Positions 49,369 through 56,537 of a stretch of DNA of 64,000 bases are shown here, in pieces; position 1 is the first letter of the stretch; each line of letters begins with the position of its first letter. A program made the translations under genes and the position numbers. This DNA comes from Acutalibacteraceae bacterium (lineage in GTDB: Bacteria; Bacillota; Clostridia; Oscillospirales; Acutalibacteraceae), in contig JAZRKU010000058.1 of NCBI GenBank assembly GCA_045646485.1, forward strand, positions 596 through 64,595, in the 5' to 3' direction. Under the pieces are notes generated by a model. That model was not told the DNA's origin. It saw only the letters and a program-made list of their open reading frames with translations, and did no database searches.

Positions 49369-52029
49369 TTAAGAAAGGGCTTTTGTAACTACAGCCTCAA
49401 AGTCTGTGTCAGTAATTTCACCCTCTTCAGTTAAATCACCTGCAACAAAATATGCACCCTCAAGGGTTGTCGGGTTATTTGTTGCAGATTGCATTACCAT
49501 AAGGTCGAAAACGTCACAAACACTATCGCCGTTTACATCGCCACGAACTACAAGAGTATATTCAGCAACCTGTGTGCCGTTAGAGTCAGTCACCTGCACT
49601 TTTGAACCTGTACCAAAGAAACCATAGTCTGAGCTTGGTGTTGTTATTAATGTGTAACCATCCATTGGAAGTATTGCTTCGCTTAAATTTTGTGAAGCAG
49701 AAATATCTAAAATTATGTAATTATTGGTTGAGTCAATAACAACATTTTTATCTCCGACTGCAGCTATATAATCGTTCATATAAACGAGTTTTTCGCTACT
49801 GTTAATAAATCCGCAGATAGGACAAATATCTTCTTTAACGCCTTCATCATTTGCAGATATTGGCAGACGAGTTGTAACATTGTGAGAATGCTTTGTTGAA
49901 TTGCAGTGGATTGGGTTATATGTAATACATTTATTCTCTGAACCTATACTGATATTATCCCAATCAGTTGAAGAACCTGTGTAGAACACATATTTTAATG
50001 CATTACAACGATAAAAAGCATAACTACCGATACTTGTAACACTGTCAGGTATAGTTACACTTGTGAGAGGAGTGTAACTATAGAAAGTATACGCTTTTAT
50101 TTCTGTTACACCCTCCGGAATAACAAGTTCAGTTACCAATTCTCCGTTTGTATATAAATTTTTAGCATAATATAACGGATTGCTATCATCGCTTGCAAAA
50201 TCAATATTACACCATGTTGCTAAATCAGTTATATTTACACTTGTGAGAGAAGAACAAGAATAGAAAGCTGCATAACCTATAGTAGTAACACTATCAGGTA
50301 TATTTATACTTTTGAGAGAACGGCAATCATAGAAAGCACGAATACCTATAATAGTAATACTGTTAGGTATAGTTACATTTGTGAGAGAAATGCAACCAGA
50401 GAAAGCATAAGCATCTATTTTAGTAACACCATCAGGAATATTTACACTTTTGAGAGAACGGCAATTATAGAAAGCATCCTCACCTATACTTGTAACACCA
50501 TTAGGTATAGTTACATTTGTGAGAGAAGCGTAACCAGAGAAAGCACATGGTTTTATTTCTGTTACCCCATCCGGAATAACAAGGTCGGTTACCAAATCTC
50601 CGTTTATATATAAATTTTCAGCATAATATAAAGGATTGCTATCATAGTCTGCAAAATCAATATTACACCATGCTACTAAATCAGTTATATTTACACTTGT
50701 GAGAGAAGAGCAGGAAAGGAAAGCTTCACTACCTATACTTGTAACACTGTTAGGTATATTTACACTTTTGAGAGAAGAGCATTGGCTGAAAGCCAACTCA
50801 CCTATACTTGTAACACTGTCAGATATAGTTACACTTGGAAGAGAAGTGCAATAGCGGAAAGCACAATCACCTATACTTGTAACACCATCAGGTATATTTA
50901 CACTTTTGAGAGAACGGCAATTATAGAAAGCATCCTCACCTATACTTGTAACACCATTATGTATAGTTACACTTGTGAGAGAAGTGCAACCAGAGAAAGC
51001 ACATGGTTTTATTTCTGTTACACACTCCGGAATAATAAGCTCAGTTACCAAATCTCCGTTTAAATATAAATTTTTAGCATGATATAACGGATTGCTATCA
51101 TAGTCTGCAAAATCAATATTACACCATGCTGCTAAATCAGTTATATTTACACTTGTGAGAGAATAGCAGGAAGTGAAAGCATCACTATCGATATTTGTAA
51201 CACTTTTAGGTATATTTACGCTTGTGAGAGAAGAGCAATCATAGAAAGCGTTACTACCAATACTTGTAACACCATTAGAAATATTTACACTTGTTAAAGA
51301 AGTGCATTTCTCGAAAGCAGAATCACCGATGTTAGTAACACTGTCAGGTATATTTATACTTGTTAGAGAAGTGCATTTGTAGAAAGCATAGTCAGCTATA
51401 ATGGCAACACTGTCAGGAATTGTTATGTTTGCGAGAGAAGTGCAATAGGCGAAAGCTCGTTTATCTATGATAGTAACACTGTCAGGCAATGTAATGCTTG
51501 TGAGAGAATCGCACTCATAGAAAGCTTCATAACCTATACTTGTAACACCATCAGGAATATTTACACTTAGGAGAGAAGTACAATTATAGAAAGCACCATC
51601 ACTTATACTTGTAACACCATCAGGAATATTTACACTTGTGAGAGAATCGCAACCTGAGAATGCATAAGCGCCTATGTTAGTAACATTGTCTGGCAATGAA
51701 ATGCTTGTGAGAGAATCGCAACCTGAGAACGCAGAATCGCCTATACTTGTAACACTCTCAGGTATATTTATACTTTCGAGAGAGCTGCAATTATAGAAAG
51801 CTTGACAACCTATATTAGTTACGGGCAAATTGTTGTGTGTGTCAGGTATTTCAATTTCACCTGATGCACTTGTGTCACAACTTGCCACACAATAAGACTG
51901 ACCGTCGCTATTTAATTCAAATGTCAAATCGTCAACACTTGCCGCATTTGCTTTTAAAGTAAATGGTGTAGAAAAGCAGACGTTGATTACAAAAATTAAA
52001 GTTAAAATTAAACTTAAATACTTTTTCAT
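49369..52029 (-). CDS. Large secreted BspA-type leucine-rich-repeat protein with C-terminal dockerin-like module
   Basis: Signal peptide ...FTLKANA|AS. Dozens of ~23-aa units (IPDSVTSIGxxAFxxCxSLTSVN). C-terminal GDVNGDSVCDVFDLMVMQ ... AGDLTEEGEITDTDFEAVV resembles the duplicated Ca-binding dockerin repeat. Confidence 0.75.
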   Translation of the reverse strand: MKKYLSLILTLIFVINVCFSTPFTLKANAASVDDLTFELNSDGQSYCVASCDTSASGEIEIPDTHNNLPVTNIGCQAFYNCSSLESINIPESVTSIGDSAFSGCDSLTSISLPDNVTNIGAYAFSGCDSLTSVNIPDGVTSISDGAFYNCTSLLSVNIPDGVTSIGYEAFYECDSLTSITLPDSVTIIDKRAFAYCTSLANITIPDSVAIIADYAFYKCTSLTSINIPDSVTNIGDSAFEKCTSLTSVNISNGVTSIGSNAFYDCSSLTSVNIPKSVTNIDSDAFTSCYSLTSVNITDLAAWCNIDFADYDSNPLYHAKNLYLNGDLVTELIIPECVTEIKPCAFSGCTSLTSVTIHNGVTSIGEDAFYNCRSLKSVNIPDGVTSIGDCAFRYCTSLPSVTISDSVTSIGELAFSQCSSLKSVNIPNSVTSIGSEAFLSCSSLTSVNITDLVAWCNIDFADYDSNPLYYAENLYINGDLVTDLVIPDGVTEIKPCAFSGYASLTNVTIPNGVTSIGEDAFYNCRSLKSVNIPDGVTKIDAYAFSGCISLTNVTIPNSITIIGIRAFYDCRSLKSINIPDSVTTIGYAAFYSCSSLTSVNITDLATWCNIDFASDDSNPLYYAKNLYTNGELVTELVIPEGVTEIKAYTFYSYTPLTSVTIPDSVTSIGSYAFYRCNALKYVFYTGSSTDWDNISIGSENKCITYNPIHCNSTKHSHNVTTRLPISANDEGVKEDICPICGFINSSEKLVYMNDYIAAVGDKNVVIDSTNNYIILDISASQNLSEAILPMDGYTLITTPSSDYGFFGTGSKVQVTDSNGTQVAEYTLVVRGDVNGDSVCDVFDLMVMQSATNNPTTLEGAYFVAGDLTEEGEITDTDFEAVVTKALS
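49950..51147 (-). repeat. Three tandem 456-bp (152-codon) modules inside the LRR-dockerin gene (third partial), on top of the ~69-bp LRR periodicity
   Basis: The NITDL(A/V)(A/T)WCNIDFA anchor codon recurs at 51147, 50691 and 50235, exactly 456 bp apart. Long near-identical DNA runs recur between modules, e.g. ...tatatttacacttttgagagaacggcaattatagaaagcatcctcacctatacttgtaacacc at ~50440 and ~50890. Confidence 0.85.
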
Positions 52030-52218
52030 TTTAACTATCCCCTAAAATTATTTTTATTGCTAATTTTTGTTATTTGTATTATATTACAGAAAATTTCTTT
52101 TTTCAACATATTTTAAATTTACAAACATTGTCAGAAAAAATTTTAAATATTTTTACTCTTTCAGAAAATAATATGATTACAAACGCAAAACAATTTTTTG
52201 TGAAGGAGTGAAAACAAA

Positions 52219-52410
52219 ATGGCATCAAAGAAAAACGTAGTTCCAGAAGCTCGTGAAGCTCTTAACAGATTTAAGATGGAAGCTGCTTCTGAAGTAGGCG
52301 TAAACCTTAAGCAAGGTTACAACGGTGACTTAACTTCTCGTCAGGCAGGTAGCGTTGGTGGTCAGATGGTAAAAAAGATGATCAAGGCATACGAAGAAGG
52401 CATGAAATAA
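52219..52410 (+). CDS. Small acid-soluble spore protein, alpha/beta type
   Basis: 63 aa. EALNRFKMEAASEVGV and RQAGSVGGQMVKKMI are the two conserved SASP blocks. SD is GAAGGAG. Confidence 0.93.
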   Translation: MASKKNVVPEAREALNRFKMEAASEVGVNLKQGYNGDLTSRQAGSVGGQMVKKMIKAYEEGMK

Positions 52411-52434
52411 ATCAATTCATAATATATGAATAAA

Positions 52435-52475
52435 AGACGGTATCCGTTTTCGGATACCGTCTGATTTTTGTTTTT
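52435..52475. terminator. Bidirectional terminator between the SASP gene and GT2 paralog B
   Basis: AGACGGTATCCG/CGGATACCGTCT stem with a UUUU loop, followed by GATTTTTGTTTTT. Confidence 0.85.
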
Positions 52476-54405
52476 ATTCAAGTGAAAAATCAATGAGATT
52501 TTTCATTTCAGGACTTTCTTCGAGAGCCTTTAAAAGAAGGGCTCTTTTTTCTTCAGGGTTTTCTGAATCCAGAGCAATAACAAAGAAAATTGCAAATCTG
52601 TGAAGAGAAGGTAAAGTAAAGAAAACATCGTCACATTCAAGTATTTCGGGACGATAAAGATTTGTTAAAAGAATTCTTGAAATTTCATAAAATCTTTCTG
52701 TGAAACTTTTGTAAAATTCTTTTGGTAACAAAGATTTATAAAGCCACGAATTTGCAATAAGATTCAAAGCAAAAGAGCATTGTGGTAATGTTTCTATTGT
52801 TTCGGGCTGTGTGTAACTCAGAATGTTTTCAGCCACGTCTGAGCTCTGGATTTTTAAAGCCGAAAAAAGGTCAGTTAACTCTGCCGAAGACAAATCGTAC
52901 AATGAATCAGGCAATTTAACACCAAGAGAAACAAGTTTGTTGAAAGCTTTAGCAGAAAAGTTTTTTGCATCATCTAATTGAGAAAGAACTTCTTCTATAT
53001 CATTTTTATTATCCGAAAGTAAAATCTTTGCAGAAATTCCGAGAGTATCATTAACTGTTGAGTAAAGTTCTAAAATATCAGACTTGCAATTTGAATTCAA
53101 TATTTCGCGACTGTAAGAAACTATATAATTATATTGAGATGTTTCTGCTCCGAGACCACTGCCGTTTGAAATTAAAATTCCGGAAAGAGTATGTTTAAAG
53201 TTTTCTTTTACTTCGGGAACAGTTGAATAATTTTCAGCTATTTTAAACCATCTTTCAAAGTTATCTGTACTGCTGGTACTTATATCAGCCCTTTTTAAAT
53301 GAAAGATAGCATTTTCTTTGTCGTTTAAATTCAGGTATATATCTGCAAGAATAAGCTCAATTTTATCCATGTGGAAAAAATGTGAAGTAATAAGCGAACT
53401 TGCAAGTAATTCACGAGGAAGATTGCTTTTATCAAGGTTTTCATATTTTTTAAAAGTATCAAGATAGGCTTTGCCGTGTTTAAGAGCTTTTTCAAAATTA
53501 CCTTTTTCATAAAAATACTCTGTGCAGATATAGTTCACATCTAAATCTACAAAATACGAGCCTGAAAAGTTTTTTAAGACAAAATCAATCCATTCTGATG
53601 TATCCGGGTGATTATTTTCGGTTGCGTAGCGAAGACATCTTCGTGAAATAACGGGTCCGAAAAATTTTTTTGCCTGAGAATTTTCGGGCAGATTTTTTAA
53701 ATGTTTAATTGCAATTTCAGAATAGCGTATACTTTCATCTTTAAACAAATAAACAGAATCAAGAATTTCAGAAATAACACGTGTATCGTTAGGGTTTTCG
53801 GCAAGTTCTTTTTCTAATAATTCAAGATTTCTTTTAGTTTTGTTTTTCAAGTGAGTTGGATTGATAACGGCGTATCCATCGTGATTAAAGATAATATCAG
53901 GGAGAATTATTGATTTGGAAATATCATCAACGGGTATAAATTCGTGAATGGGCTTTACGTATTTATAGCCTTTGCCGAGTCGGAAGATTCTCGAAATATA
54001 AAAATCCGAAAAAGTAGATTTCATCTCTACATCGGTATAGTTTCTTATAACCACATTTACAACGTCAAATTTGTCATAGCTACTTTCGGTTACAAGTTTT
54101 ACGAGTGAATCAACATTTCCGTCAAAATATTCGTCGGCATCAATAGTCAAAAACCACTTGCCTTTGCAACGCTCCATAACGGCATTACGTGCTTTTGAAA
54201 AATCGTTCACCCATTTAAAATCAAAAAGTATGTCAGCAAATTTTTGTGCGATTTCTTTTGTGTTGTCGGTTGAACCGGTATCGGCAATTACTATTTCAGT
54301 AGGAATTGCATTGCGGATAGGCTCGAGAGCTTTTAAACATTTTTCTAAGCAACGTTCTTCATTTTTTACAATCATACCGATTGATAAAATAGGGTGAGAA
54401 GTCAT
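52474..54405 (-). CDS. Cytoplasmic GT2-family glycosyltransferase with helical-repeat C-terminal region; paralog B
   Basis: 643 aa with LSIGMIVKNEERCLEKCLKAL, IADTGSTDNT, NDFSKARN, TIDADEYF, PIHEFI and NHDGYA. Lies 17 nt after paralog C, with AGGAG SD. Confidence 0.75.
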   Translation of the reverse strand: MTSHPILSIGMIVKNEERCLEKCLKALEPIRNAIPTEIVIADTGSTDNTKEIAQKFADILFDFKWVNDFSKARNAVMERCKGKWFLTIDADEYFDGNVDSLVKLVTESSYDKFDVVNVVIRNYTDVEMKSTFSDFYISRIFRLGKGYKYVKPIHEFIPVDDISKSIILPDIIFNHDGYAVINPTHLKNKTKRNLELLEKELAENPNDTRVISEILDSVYLFKDESIRYSEIAIKHLKNLPENSQAKKFFGPVISRRCLRYATENNHPDTSEWIDFVLKNFSGSYFVDLDVNYICTEYFYEKGNFEKALKHGKAYLDTFKKYENLDKSNLPRELLASSLITSHFFHMDKIELILADIYLNLNDKENAIFHLKRADISTSSTDNFERWFKIAENYSTVPEVKENFKHTLSGILISNGSGLGAETSQYNYIVSYSREILNSNCKSDILELYSTVNDTLGISAKILLSDNKNDIEEVLSQLDDAKNFSAKAFNKLVSLGVKLPDSLYDLSSAELTDLFSALKIQSSDVAENILSYTQPETIETLPQCSFALNLIANSWLYKSLLPKEFYKSFTERFYEISRILLTNLYRPEILECDDVFFTLPSLHRFAIFFVIALDSENPEEKRALLLKALEESPEMKNLIDFSLE

Positions 54406-54422
54406 AAAAATCTCCTAATCAG

Positions 54423-56498
54423 TTAGTTTTCTAAAAGGTGAGCAACCTGTTTATAAACAGGGCTTTGCTTAATAGCAATAAGAGCGGGGTCGTTTGGCGC
54501 ATAACTGCTTAAAAGAGTCTGAATGTTTTTAGCAAGCGCAAGAAGCTCGGGCGAAGCAGAAAGCTGTCTTTCCTTTTCTATTTTTTGTTGCTCTTTTTTG
54601 ATTTCTTCTGTTGTGAAGCTAACAAGTGGGTTCATTTCAGGCAGGACGTTAATTGCCTTTCTTAGCGAAGCCACCTTTTCTTTGAAATCAGAAGCTTCAA
54701 TTGCAGAAATATAATAAATTGCAAATTGGTGTTCCTTTGGTAAAATGCAAAAATTCTGCGTGTTTTCAAGAACGTTGTCATTATATAAATTTGTAAGAAG
54801 TAATTTCGCAGACTGCAAGTAACTGCTTCTGAACTGAGATAAAGTGTTAAAATCTACCTGGCTTTCAGAAGACCAGAAAGCGTTAAGCATATTAAAAGTA
54901 AAGGCGAGTCGTGTGAAATCTGAAAGGAATTCTTCGGTAGAATACTTTAAAACAATCTGTTCGTGATTATCAGAATTTTCAAATATGTTTTTAAATAATT
55001 TTTGCAGATTTTCTGAAGAAATCTGATAAAACTTTTCGGGTAAATCCACATTACAGCTTAAAGCCTTGTAAAAGGCAAGAGGCAAAATATCGTTGAAGGA
55101 ATCTGCTTTTTCGATGGTGTTTTTAATTTCTTTGTCATTTTTTGCAGTGACTATTTTGGCAGAAAGCCCCACAAAATTGTCAAGTGCAGTGTATTTTTTA
55201 AACTTTTCTGTTTCACAATTATCACAAGAAAATTCATTGAAAAAGAAGTCTTTAACGCAACTTCCTATATCGTCATTAAATAACTGAGAAAACTCTTTTA
55301 AAGTAATTATTGCATTATCAGTGTCAAGACGAGAAATTATGGATAAAAGGTCAATAATTGCTTCGGGGTAAGCCGAAGAGATATCTATTGTTTTTAAGTA
55401 TTGCACCGCGTTTTTGTTGTTGCCGTTTTCAACAGCAGATTTTGCTATAACAAGAGCAAGATTTTGCTGATATATTTTGTGAGAAAAAAGAATTGAAGAA
55501 ATCATCGACTCTATAGTCTTGTTTTCTTTTTGCAGGAACTTCTTTAAGTTTTCAAAATAAATTTTTCCGTTTTCTTCAGCAGAAGTAAAGTTATCGTTTA
55601 AAAATAACCATTGAGTGTAAAGGTAAGAAACGTCAACGAGTGTGAAAAAAGAGTCAGATAAATTTTCTTTTGTCCATTTAAACCACTCTTCAGTTTGCGA
55701 AAAGCCGTCTTCGACGGCGTGTTGCAATGCTTTTCTTGCTATTGCAGGTGCAATGTGCTTAAAGTCGCCGGAATCTTTATTTAAAGATGCAATGAAATTC
55801 ATACCAAGCAGAGCCTTTTCATAGCGCTCTTTTTTTGACACGTGAGAAGACTCAATAAGCTGAAGAATTACAGTAGCATCATTCGGCTTTTTCTTAAATT
55901 CTTCTTCTAATAATTTAAGGTTTCTTTCAGCCTTTTGCTTAGATAAATCTGCATCTATTGTCGCGTAGCCGTCGTGAGCGAAAATTGTGTTAGAAAGTGT
56001 TACACATTTGCCAAGGTCAATGCTTGTCAGTTTTTCGTGAATTGCACCTGTGTAGCGCACCTCAGGTGTCAGACGGACAATTCTTATAGCGGCAAAATCG
56101 TTATATAACCCCTGAAGTGTAACAGAAGCATAATTTCTTTTTACAAAGGTTGCACAGCTGTACTTTAAATTATCTTCATTTGTTACGAGTGAAACAAGTT
56201 CATCAGGTGAGGATTCTAAATATTCATCTGCATCAAGAGTCATAAACCATTTTCCCTTTGCACGGTCCATAACGGCGTTACGTGCTTTTGAAAAATTATT
56301 AACCCATTCAAAATCAAAAAGAGTATCTGCAAATCTTTGGGCAATCTCTTTTGTGTTATCGGTTGAACCCGTGTCAGCGATAATTAATTCGCACTCAGTT
56401 GCATTGCGTAAAGGCTCAAGTGCCTTTAAACATTTTTCTAAGCAACGAGATTCGTTTTTCACTATCATACCGATTGATAAAAGTGGTTGAGATGCCAT
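54423..56498 (-). CDS. Cytoplasmic GT2-family glycosyltransferase with helical-repeat C-terminal region; paralog C
   Basis: 691 aa with LSIGMIVKNESRCLEKCLKAL, IIADTGSTDNT, NNFSKARN, TLDADEYL, AIHEKL and AHDGYA. Lies 39 nt after the 874-aa gene, with AAAGGGAG SD. Confidence 0.75.
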   Translation of the reverse strand: MASQPLLSIGMIVKNESRCLEKCLKALEPLRNATECELIIADTGSTDNTKEIAQRFADTLFDFEWVNNFSKARNAVMDRAKGKWFMTLDADEYLESSPDELVSLVTNEDNLKYSCATFVKRNYASVTLQGLYNDFAAIRIVRLTPEVRYTGAIHEKLTSIDLGKCVTLSNTIFAHDGYATIDADLSKQKAERNLKLLEEEFKKKPNDATVILQLIESSHVSKKERYEKALLGMNFIASLNKDSGDFKHIAPAIARKALQHAVEDGFSQTEEWFKWTKENLSDSFFTLVDVSYLYTQWLFLNDNFTSAEENGKIYFENLKKFLQKENKTIESMISSILFSHKIYQQNLALVIAKSAVENGNNKNAVQYLKTIDISSAYPEAIIDLLSIISRLDTDNAIITLKEFSQLFNDDIGSCVKDFFFNEFSCDNCETEKFKKYTALDNFVGLSAKIVTAKNDKEIKNTIEKADSFNDILPLAFYKALSCNVDLPEKFYQISSENLQKLFKNIFENSDNHEQIVLKYSTEEFLSDFTRLAFTFNMLNAFWSSESQVDFNTLSQFRSSYLQSAKLLLTNLYNDNVLENTQNFCILPKEHQFAIYYISAIEASDFKEKVASLRKAINVLPEMNPLVSFTTEEIKKEQQKIEKERQLSASPELLALAKNIQTLLSSYAPNDPALIAIKQSPVYKQVAHLLEN

Positions 56499-56537
56499 TG
56501 CAAATACTCCCTTTAGAGGTTGAAAATCAACCTGAAA

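Noticed and set aside
50782-51063. 93-aa plus-strand ORF with internal repeats inside the LRR gene
   Set aside because: It is an antisense artefact of the repetitive LRR coding sequence. Its own repeats simply mirror the 69-bp LRR periodicity.
52030-52218. Sigma-G/sigma-F promoter for the SASP gene
   Set aside because: I could not find a convincing GnATA-N17/18-CATnnTA arrangement by eye. The best candidates have wrong spacing, so no promoter is called.
52219-52410. SASP as a substrate or member of the adjacent glycosyltransferase operon, or a SunA-like glycocin precursor
   Set aside because: It is convergent to the GT operon and separated from it by a bidirectional terminator. The sequence is a canonical alpha/beta SASP without a leader peptide or Cys pattern. 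No ABC exporter/peptidase or thiol-disulfide genes are nearby, so a glycocin cluster is not supported.
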